DNA from: a virus
Length of the DNA stretch: 64,000 bases
Reading direction: 5' to 3' (one strand)
Virus record (IMG/VR): IMGVR_UViG_3300047170_000049
Span: 1-64,000 of that record
Shown here: positions 46,566-54,066 of the stretch, piece by piece
Position numbering within the stretch: the first letter of the stretch is position 1
Layout: every line of letters begins with the position of its first letter
Made by a program: the position numbers and the translations under genes
Notes under the pieces: model-generated
The model's database searches: none
Told to the model about the DNA's origin: nothing
What the model saw: the letters and a program-made list of their open reading frames with translations, nothing else

Positions 46566-47134
46566 AAACTTGGTTCACTAGCGATACCCACTTTGGCCAC
46601 TTGAACGTCATTAATTATTGCAAACGCCCATTCACTGGCATTGAGCATATGAATGCAGAGATGGTGCGTCTTTGGAATGAGACTGTGGCTCCTGAAGATA
46701 CCGTTTACTTTCTGGGTGATTTTTCACTGGGCAAACAAGCGGTGGTAGAGATTTTACCTAAGCTCAATGGCATAAAACACTTGATTGCGGGTAACCACGA
46801 CCGTTGTCACCCAGCACACGCCAAGAAAGAAGCTAAGATTGCAGCTATGACCCAGTGGTACTTGGAAATGGGCTTTGCGACCGTTCAATTGGAACTTAAG
46901 ATTAATATTGCAGGCCACTCAGTGAAACTTCACCACATGCCCTATAGCGGTGACCATACGGAGATGGAACGCTATGGTAAGTACCGTCCTAAGAATGAAG
47001 GCGACTGGCTTCTTTGCGGTCACGTCCACGACCTTTTCAAGATTAAGGGTAAGCAAATTAACGTAGGCGTTGATGTTTGGGACTTTAAACCCGTAAGCTC
47101 AGAACAAATTGCAGAGATTATTAATGGAGCATAA
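46562..47134 (+). CDS. calcineurin-like metallophosphoesterase
   Basis: SDTHFGH, LGDF, GNHD, HHMP, GHVH, NVGVD. Confidence 0.9.
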   Translation: MKTWFTSDTHFGHLNVINYCKRPFTGIEHMNAEMVRLWNETVAPEDTVYFLGDFSLGKQAVVEILPKLNGIKHLIAGNHDRCHPAHAKKEAKIAAMTQWYLEMGFATVQLELKINIAGHSVKLHHMPYSGDHTEMERYGKYRPKNEGDWLLCGHVHDLFKIKGKQINVGVDVWDFKPVSSEQIAEIINGA

Positions 47135-47477
47135 AAAAGGCGATGTCTTTTGGATGCGAAGGAAATCTGCCATTGGTGGCGCGCCTAAGAATTTCATGCG
47201 CATTATCCAGCTAGACGGCAATCCAAGACTGACAAATTTAGCTCAATACGACAGTGAGTATCTTTACAACATAGTGCATTTACGGCATTACTCAAATAAT
47301 CCACATAGAGTCAAAAAGGTAGCTTCAGAACATGATTTGGATTCTTTTTGGATTAAAATGAGCGATGACGAAGCATATTTGGCAAAATTATTATTTCAAG
47401 TTTTAGACTTTAAAGAGTATGAAGAGACTTCAAGAATTAGGGCTGGTCAATTTTTAAAAAAGATAGGGGTAATATGA
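47124..47477 (+). CDS. LLYG-tail family protein with C-terminal extension
   Basis: HKKGDVF; internal SDDEAYLAKLLFQ followed by about 25 aa. Confidence 0.75.
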   Translation: MEHKKGDVFWMRRKSAIGGAPKNFMRIIQLDGNPRLTNLAQYDSEYLYNIVHLRHYSNNPHRVKKVASEHDLDSFWIKMSDDEAYLAKLLFQVLDFKEYEETSRIRAGQFLKKIGVI

Positions 47478-47710
47478 ACATTTATTTCAAATACTGGCTT
47501 CCTAAAGACGTTGATGTAGAAGTAATGGAATGGTACGGTATTCGTTTTGGTAGGCATTCAAAAAGTCACAATTATAATGCCTGGGACCTGAATATTGTCA
47601 TTCCAGGTAAAGGTGTATACGAATTAACGATAACAGATAACCATGCGAAATTTCTCAAGGAATGGGGGAAAGACTTTAAAATTGTGGTTGATTGGCAATT
47701 ATTCCCTTAA
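47474..47710 (+). CDS. hypothetical protein
   Basis: ATGA overlap. Confidence 0.65.
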   Translation: MNIYFKYWLPKDVDVEVMEWYGIRFGRHSKSHNYNAWDLNIVIPGKGVYELTITDNHAKFLKEWGKDFKIVVDWQLFP

Positions 47711-47733
47711 GTTTTAAACATAAAAACCGATAG
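47707..47733 (+). promoter_or_regulatory. sigma28-type promoter
   Basis: TTAAGTTT-N11-ACCGATAG. Confidence 0.7.
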
Positions 47734-47749
47734 AATATATAGAAAGAAG

Positions 47750-47953
47750 GTGATTATGTTAGAGTTTATAGTTAATTATCTTACAGTTGATGCGGTGGCC
47801 TCTTTGTTTGTAGGCGTTATTATCTACGCAAAAAGAAACCAAATCAAATACGCCTTACGCGCTTGGTTGGCCGTTCCTGCAGGTTGTTCACACCCTGAAG
47901 AGATTGAAGCTGATGATGAATTTATTAATGACTATGACAGTGAGGAAGAGTAA
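47750..47953 (+). CDS. small membrane protein with acidic tail
   Basis: TM followed by a D/E-rich C-terminus. Confidence 0.6.
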   Translation: MIMLEFIVNYLTVDAVASLFVGVIIYAKRNQIKYALRAWLAVPAGCSHPEEIEADDEFINDYDSEEE

Positions 47954-48097
47954 TGTGCAATTGTTCTGGACCCTGCCGATGCAGTGAAAAGAATGAAAAA
48001 TTAAAGGCAGAACTTGAAGCCTTTAAGCTAAATAACACCATTGACGAGCTTATTAAAGAATTGCAAAGCCTCAAGCTAGAGGTCAAGGAGTTGAAAC

Positions 48098-48391
48098 GTG
48101 AGCCATCAAACTAAAGGTCCATGGTTTGTAAATGCTGAAGACGGTGCGGATTTCACCGCCATATCCACTAATCCAAATGGCGATGGCAGTATAGAATTTG
48201 AAAAGGAAGTATTAGGCGCTTCCGAATGGTTGAGAGTCAAGCCTGAAGATTTGCGATTGATGGCAGCGGGGCCTGAACTTTTGGAAGCCGCGAAATTAGC
48301 ATTAGACATTGCCGTTGCTGGACAATTCCGTGTTCTTGAAAAAACTCTAAGGGCAGCTATTAAAAAGGCAGAAGGTGATGAAGGTAGGTAA
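48098..48391 (+). CDS. phage hypothetical protein (HTxGPW...AAPELLEA type)
   Basis: HQTKGPW and LMAAGPELLEA; AAGGAG SD. Confidence 0.75.
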   Translation: MSHQTKGPWFVNAEDGADFTAISTNPNGDGSIEFEKEVLGASEWLRVKPEDLRLMAAGPELLEAAKLALDIAVAGQFRVLEKTLRAAIKKAEGDEGR

Positions 48392-48527
48392 AATCATCAC
48401 CTTTACAATTTATGATGGTAGCCGAGTCCATGCCGTCATAACGAAAATACATGACAATGGCAACGTAGAGATTGCCAATGGCACTATATTGATTCTGACA
48501 GGTTCTGAAGAATTTACTTAAAAATAC

Positions 48528-48554
48528 TAAAGTTTTAAAAACAGATGCCGAATA
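48528..48554 (+). promoter_or_regulatory. sigma28-type promoter
   Basis: TAAAGTTT-N11-GCCGAATA, followed by AAGGAG and ATG 48579. Confidence 0.7.
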
Positions 48555-48578
48555 GTAGTATGTAACAAGGAGAAACAT

Positions 48579-49142
48579 ATGAAATTCAGTATCAAAGACC
48601 CAAATCGCCTGAACTACTTCCGCTGCATGGACTGTCTGTCCACGATGACTTCTTACGAAACCCCAGTAATGTGCGCTTGTGATGGTTTACTTGTACCGAT
48701 GGGTCAGGTTTACGACAAGCATTACGGTGAAGAAGTTGTGCGCCCTGCTTGTGACGGACGTTGCACCCACTCCGCTGGCCCGATTTGCACATGCAAATGT
48801 GGTGGTGCCAATCATGGTACTGGCAAATTAGTCAAAACCGTGGTAATTAATGGTGTGGTTAAAGTAACTGAAGTTGACGCAGATGCTCATAAACGTGCTC
48901 AAGAATGGCGTGAAGCTTTTAACGCTGCCCGTGACCGTTTTGAAAAACACCTGGCCGCTCCTTTCAATGAGATGGTAGCAAACCAAGGCAAGGTTAACAA
49001 TGTTCAATTTTGGACCATTCGCCGCGCCTATAGCAGTGGCAAGTTCCACTTAAGCAAAATATCTCAAATGAAAGTACACAAGGCACGCATGGAGGCAGCA
49101 AAAACTGCCTTCCCCGTTCCTTTGGAGGTTGTCAATGAGTAA
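48579..49142 (+). CDS. Cys-rich Zn-binding protein
   Basis: CMDC, CACD, CDGRCTHSAGPICTCKCGGANHG. Confidence 0.8.
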   Translation: MKFSIKDPNRLNYFRCMDCLSTMTSYETPVMCACDGLLVPMGQVYDKHYGEEVVRPACDGRCTHSAGPICTCKCGGANHGTGKLVKTVVINGVVKVTEVDADAHKRAQEWREAFNAARDRFEKHLAAPFNEMVANQGKVNNVQFWTIRRAYSSGKFHLSKISQMKVHKARMEAAKTAFPVPLEVVNE

Positions 49143-49368
49143 TGTAGCGTTTAGAAGGTCAAGAATTAATAGGGTAATTGAAAAGAAAGCTATTAGCGAA
49201 GATGTGTCAGTTAACAAGGGGGATTTGGTTCAAGTTATTAATGTAGGTAAAGGCACCATAAGATGTAAGCCTGTTAAAACCCCTGATTATGTAGTCGATT
49301 TTGAAGTTGCTGATTTAGAGCACTTAACTAAGGAAGAGAACGAATTAGCAAATTTATTGTTTGGATAA
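49135..49368 (+). CDS. LLYG-tail family protein, SH3-like
   Basis: VSVNKGDLVQVI; ends TKEENELANLLFG. Confidence 0.85.
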   Translation: MSNVAFRRSRINRVIEKKAISEDVSVNKGDLVQVINVGKGTIRCKPVKTPDYVVDFEVADLEHLTKEENELANLLFG

Positions 49369-49398
49369 AACTAAAGGGCACCTTTCGATGCCCTCTAG
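49367..49398 (-). terminator. intrinsic terminator at the convergence point
   Basis: CTAAAGGGCA...TGCCCTCTAG hairpin with a U-tract on the minus strand. Confidence 0.55.
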
Positions 49399-49441
49399 TG
49401 GGATACTGCCGCCCGATAGCTTGATTTACCGTTCGGCAATT

Positions 49442-49516
49442 TGGTAGCGGGTCTAGGAGTCTAACCTAGCGTGATACGGTTATGAGCCGCACCAGTCCAC
49501 ACGTTCTCTACCCGCG
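49442..49516 (-). tRNA. tRNA-Met(CAT), initiator-like, non-canonical
   Basis: CGCGGGT...CTCATAA...CTAGG TTAGACT CCTAG ACCCGCTACCA; unpaired C1, encoded CCA. Confidence 0.85.
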
Positions 49517-49522
49517 AAATAA

Positions 49523-50323
49523 TTAACGTCTAACAGTCCAAAAGTCTGAAGCAAGGTCATCGCTTGAGATGTAAGCGTATGGCATAAAAAAGTATCCACG
49601 AACACCCCAGTCAGGTCCCCAACTATTACGAATCTTCATCATTTGAGTTTTATCATCGTAACCTACGCACATAACTGCATGACCACCTTCTGGTGCGTCA
49701 TCGCCTGAAGGCATTGCAAGAATACCGTCTTTAGCCATTTGCTCAGATTCCATTTGTGAATAAACGGTGAATCCAAATACGAATGGGAATCCAGCGGCCA
49801 AACAATGCTTCATATCGTCCAAAGATTCTAAACGAAGGTATTGGCTAATCTTATGCGTAGCAGCTTGAGTGAAAGATTCTTGCGTTGGTTTATGATAAAG
49901 GTTGTTTGGATTGTAGGGCCAAACTAATTCGGTGCAAGCTCCAATAGAAGCTAAAGTTTTAATACCGTCACGAAGTTGAGCGCCACCGTCTTGATGTGGG
50001 TCACCTTCTAAAACTCGTTCATTCCAGTAAATGAATAAACGGCTTACATGCTCAAACTTAGCATCGAACTCTTCAGGAGCGTTAGTTTGACTAGCTTTCA
50101 TTTCAGCTAATTCCAAGAATTCAAGATTACCAGCTAAAGAGTTGGCGGTACATGAACCGATTTGGCCTTGGTCGAAAACAGGTGAGCATAGTGGCTCTAA
50201 ATCGACTGAAGCAGGTAACGCTGCAGGTGCTACATCAGCAAGTCTTAAAGTTTTATATTTCTTATCTCTATGGTCAGGTAGGTCTGGGTTCCAATTATAT
50301 TTTTTCATGGTCTTTCCTTTCAA
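49523..50323 (-). CDS. papain-family (C1) cysteine protease
   Basis: DQGQIGSCTAN, GGHAVMCVGY, IRNSWGPDWG..GYF; start may be 50308. Confidence 0.92.
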   Translation of the reverse strand: MKGKTMKKYNWNPDLPDHRDKKYKTLRLADVAPAALPASVDLEPLCSPVFDQGQIGSCTANSLAGNLEFLELAEMKASQTNAPEEFDAKFEHVSRLFIYWNERVLEGDPHQDGGAQLRDGIKTLASIGACTELVWPYNPNNLYHKPTQESFTQAATHKISQYLRLESLDDMKHCLAAGFPFVFGFTVYSQMESEQMAKDGILAMPSGDDAPEGGHAVMCVGYDDKTQMMKIRNSWGPDWGVRGYFFMPYAYISSDDLASDFWTVRR

Positions 50324-50325
50324 GT

Positions 50326-50351
50326 AAAAGGCCAGTATCTCTACTGGCCTT
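50326..50351 (-). terminator. intrinsic terminator after the tube gene
   Basis: AAGGCCAGTA-TCTC-TACTGGCCTT perfect hairpin; TTTT on the minus strand. Confidence 0.65.
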
Positions 50352-50404
50352 CGGACCCCTCAGTTATTTCACATTCGGGGGATTCATCATCGGGTGTTTA
50401 GAGA

Positions 50405-50890
50405 TTAGAATTCTGGAGTTGCTGGGATAACTCCACCGCCGTCATTAACGTCCGTATCGCTACTTTCGTCATGAGCGCGTAAGCCTTGGAAGGTAATGCT
50501 AATGTCACTAACCGCTCTAGCAGTAACACCAGAGTTATATCCAGTGGGACGGCAATGAAGGGCTGTGAAAATAGCTTGTCCAGTTTGACGGTCAACAATT
50601 TGAATTGTTAAATCATCAGCGGACATAAGTTGGTTAAGTTGGGGAAGTCCAGCGGCTTCATAAGCACCTTGACCAACAACACGATAACCAGTAGCAGTGA
50701 TATTGATTGCTTCTTGTCCCGTGTAGGTGATTTCTGCAGGTGAGTATCTGCCTAAGATATAAGCTGGGTTCGTATCGTAGTTGACACCCCAAGTACAACT
50801 GGTGAAAATACCGATTGTTTGAGCTTGTCCGCTAGCAGAGGCAATTTGTACAATTGCTCTGGACCCATGTAATACATTTTGGTCTGCCAT
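50405..50890 (-). CDS. tail tube protein
   Basis: 161 aa directly after the sheath gene; AAGGAG SD; ILGRYSPAEI. Confidence 0.85.
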   Translation of the reverse strand: MADQNVLHGSRAIVQIASASGQAQTIGIFTSCTWGVNYDTNPAYILGRYSPAEITYTGQEAINITATGYRVVGQGAYEAAGLPQLNQLMSADDLTIQIVDRQTGQAIFTALHCRPTGYNSGVTARAVSDISITFQGLRAHDESSDTDVNDGGGVIPATPEF

Positions 50891-50910
50891 TTTAAATTCT
50901 CCTTAATTTC

Positions 50911-53709
50911 TTAAGCTGAAGCCGAGGTACTGATACCTTCGATTGTTAAATCAATTGGGATAAAGTAGATTGCGCCAGCTTCAATGAGGTCAATCTTAAC
51001 TGACATAACGCCAGCGTTGATTTGAACGTCGATGCTGTTGTATCCACCTGGTGCTTTAGCTGTAGCGACTGTGTACTTATTGTGTAAGAACTCAGCCATT
51101 TTAGCTTTACAGAATCCCACCGCAAGGGCTGCAGAAACATCGGCAACACTTTGACCGACGAACGCAGTCTTGAGACTTTGTGCGAGGCTAAGTGCCATAA
51201 TGTCACTAACATAAACAGCTTGTAGGCTGTTGTAGACGAAGTTTTTGTCCACACCGTATGTGGTTTGGTCTGAAGGGTACGCGAATCCACCGTTTGGTTG
51301 AGCTTGGATTGGTAACAACCCAGCTAACAGTGCATCTTCAACATCGGACACATCTCCATCATCGAAATCGTTAGCGGCTTGAATGACGCCAGAGATATTG
51401 ATTGATTTATTGAAGATAGCCTTGTAACCACCAGCGGCTTGCATACCTGCAGCAACTGCAGCACCCATCCAAGGTTGGAATTGAGTGGTGTTACCAGTTG
51501 ATTGCGATACGTTGAAAACGTCTTGGAAAGAACAAGTTACGCGGAAGCTTGCAAGGTTCTGAGCTTCTGCTTGAGCATTTGCGAACGTGTCGCGAATGGA
51601 GCAAAGTGCAGAACGATGTTTCTTAACTTTAGGAGTAGACATCGCGATAACGTGTGATTTCACTAAAGAGTTAACCGCTCTAACGGTGTAAGTTGAGCTT
51701 GGGTCAGTTAAACCTGAAGCAATGTCGAGGGTCGCATCTTGTGAAACAAGAGGAACTACGAAGTTACAGGTAACACCAGCAAGTGCGTCGATAGCGTTTG
51801 ACCAGTCAAGGCCAGTTGAACCACCCTTAGCTCCGTTAGCTAAGAAGGTAGCAGCTTGTGCGCTAGGAAGACCAGCTTTTGCGATTGCTCCGTAACCAGC
51901 TAATTGTGAACTAGCGAGACTTCTAGTACCTAAAGTTAGGTCATAAAGGTCAGACTTGATTTCACCAGGTTGGAAGCCTTCGTCACTAGCAATTCCGATG
52001 CTTTGAACTTGGTCGAGAACGCTGATTGGACGTTGACCTTGTAAAGATGAGAAGAGACTAGCTGAGTAACCAGTGTTTGAATTGATTAAGTTAACTAAGT
52101 CGTTAATGGTTGATAATTGACTTAAGTTAATGCTGAGGTTTGCACCTTGGCCACCAGTAACGGTAGTTGTGAAGATGTTTTGCCCAGAAACTTGATTGAT
52201 GCTTGCACTAGCAGTTGTACCGTTGTAACCTAAGCTAAATACGATATTTCCACCGACAGTGTAATTTTCTTGCTTGGTGCTTGACACGAGATTGATGGTC
52301 TTTTGGAGTTGAGCATCAGACTCAAGTAAAGTTCCTAAGAAAGAAGCGGCAGAGGTCGTACCTTGGTTAAGGAACATATTGCCAACGTTGGTAGCTCCAC
52401 CATTGTCATAAAGTTCCATGGTCTTTCCAGCACCCTTGATTTGTTGGTCAAGGTCTTGAACATCGCTAATAGCTGCGATTGGGGTAGAAGCTACTGAAAC
52501 TGGAGAACCGTTGCTCAAGCGAGACATCGTAATGAATGCGCTTGAAGAGTTATTAGCGGTAGAGGTAATTTGATACCAACCGATATTAGCATTACCAGCG
52601 CCTGCGAAAGCAGAACCTGAAGGAATGCTAACCCAGTCACCAACGCGAGGGCTTGAGGCCCATAATTGGCCTGCAGCTAATGTCATGGTGAGGTTAGAAC
52701 CAACTGCAACTGAAGTGATAGTTTGGCCAGTCAACCCAGTGAGGATTTGACGGTCAGTACCAGAAAGGTTATTGATTTGGAGGTAGCTCCAGTCAATAAG
52801 GTCATTACTAGGCGTACCAGTGATGGTAGCACTAGAAACCGCTACAGGGGCTCCTGCAGTAATCTTAGTTGCGCTTAATTGAGCTAATGAGGTTGTGTTT
52901 GAAATTGCAGTAACTACATACCAACCAACATTTGCATTTCCTGAGCCAGCTAATACTGAGCCAGAAGGGATTTGCATGGTATCGCCAACTTGAGGCGCTA
53001 CGCTGAATAAGGTAGGAGCGGTCAATGTTACGTTAACATTTTGACCTGAAACTGATAATGAAGCAACTTGCCCACCAGAACCTAGAGCAAGACGATTAGT
53101 TCCACCGACTGCATTAATGCCTGAAAGTGAAGTTAATGCACTTGCAAGGGCAGCGGGTGTTTCGTTAGCTGAAATGGCTAAGGTTTGTTTAGCTCCACCG
53201 TTAACTCGTGCGGCCAATGAAGCGCCAGAAGAGTTAGGGACATAGGAGAACTGTCCAGAAGTAGGAGCGGCTTCAAGGGTTGTGTCTTGAATTTGGAAAT
53301 AAATGAGGTTACCAGGTTGTCCAGCTAATTTAGCTACGAACATACCGTGGTTATCTTGGGTAGCCTTGGAAGCTCTAACACCTTCGTTAACTTTGACGAT
53401 AACGATGGATTGTGGAGCACCTTGGATTGCTTGGCTAGCTGAAGGCGTAACGGCAGCACGGAAAGCGTCAATTAAACGACCTGTTCCGTATTTAGCGACA
53501 AGTTTAGAAATATCACCAGGGCCGAAAACGTTATTAGCAAGTTTACCTTCTGAAGGGTCATCCCAGGCTGGACCTTGGTCTGCTTCACCAACTAGAGCAA
53601 CTACGCCCGTGGTAGCAATACCCGTGGGATTGCTAGCTACGTTAACAGTGACGGCAGAATCTGGTACGATTAACGTATATCCTGAAGGGTCTGTGTATGT
53701 GAAAGCCAT
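50911..53709 (-). CDS. tail sheath protein
   Basis: VALVGEADQGP N-terminus; LANGAKG, LLAGLLPI, DQTTY and IYFIPIDLTI sheath C-terminal motifs. Confidence 0.9.
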   Translation of the reverse strand: MAFTYTDPSGYTLIVPDSAVTVNVASNPTGIATTGVVALVGEADQGPAWDDPSEGKLANNVFGPGDISKLVAKYGTGRLIDAFRAAVTPSASQAIQGAPQSIVIVKVNEGVRASKATQDNHGMFVAKLAGQPGNLIYFQIQDTTLEAAPTSGQFSYVPNSSGASLAARVNGGAKQTLAISANETPAALASALTSLSGINAVGGTNRLALGSGGQVASLSVSGQNVNVTLTAPTLFSVAPQVGDTMQIPSGSVLAGSGNANVGWYVVTAISNTTSLAQLSATKITAGAPVAVSSATITGTPSNDLIDWSYLQINNLSGTDRQILTGLTGQTITSVAVGSNLTMTLAAGQLWASSPRVGDWVSIPSGSAFAGAGNANIGWYQITSTANNSSSAFITMSRLSNGSPVSVASTPIAAISDVQDLDQQIKGAGKTMELYDNGGATNVGNMFLNQGTTSAASFLGTLLESDAQLQKTINLVSSTKQENYTVGGNIVFSLGYNGTTASASINQVSGQNIFTTTVTGGQGANLSINLSQLSTINDLVNLINSNTGYSASLFSSLQGQRPISVLDQVQSIGIASDEGFQPGEIKSDLYDLTLGTRSLASSQLAGYGAIAKAGLPSAQAATFLANGAKGGSTGLDWSNAIDALAGVTCNFVVPLVSQDATLDIASGLTDPSSTYTVRAVNSLVKSHVIAMSTPKVKKHRSALCSIRDTFANAQAEAQNLASFRVTCSFQDVFNVSQSTGNTTQFQPWMGAAVAAGMQAAGGYKAIFNKSINISGVIQAANDFDDGDVSDVEDALLAGLLPIQAQPNGGFAYPSDQTTYGVDKNFVYNSLQAVYVSDIMALSLAQSLKTAFVGQSVADVSAALAVGFCKAKMAEFLHNKYTVATAKAPGGYNSIDVQINAGVMSVKIDLIEAGAIYFIPIDLTIEGISTSASA

Positions 53710-53744
53710 TATTTATCTCCTATTAATTCGTAACTGTTAACTAC

Positions 53745-53770
53745 ATTAAGATTTGTAGTTAAACTGTTGA
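53745..53770 (-). promoter_or_regulatory. putative phage late promoter
   Basis: TCA-acagt-TTA-actac-AAATCTTAAT upstream of the sheath gene. Confidence 0.75.
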
Positions 53771-53782
53771 AATCATTCAATT

Positions 53783-54058
53783 TTATTTTTCTACTTCAAT
53801 ACCAAAGTTCTTCACGCCTTCAATCCACTTTGAGGGCTTATCTAGCCAACCAAGCGATTGTAGGTGGATTTTGCAGGCCACCATATGACGTTCGTCACCG
53901 TTTTTAATGCAGGCATTCCAGAATTGCTCAAAGGATTTCCACATAACAGGTGGGGTATTTTGAACAGTTCCTTTAGTGTCACGCACTGCAGGTCTAACGG
54001 CAGACTCTTTGTGTTCTGGTGCTTTTACGTTACTTGGCATACTAGTTGGACGTGGCAT
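53783..54058 (-). CDS. hypothetical late protein
   Basis: AAGGTG SD; located just before the sheath gene. Confidence 0.7.
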   Translation of the reverse strand: MPRPTSMPSNVKAPEHKESAVRPAVRDTKGTVQNTPPVMWKSFEQFWNACIKNGDERHMVACKIHLQSLGWLDKPSKWIEGVKNFGIEVEK

Positions 54059-54066
54059 AAATCACC

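Noticed and set aside
46562-47134. Phosphoesterase C-terminus (EQIAEIINGA) as a tag member
   Set aside because: It lacks the LL[YF] core and is a normal terminal helix of this enzyme family.
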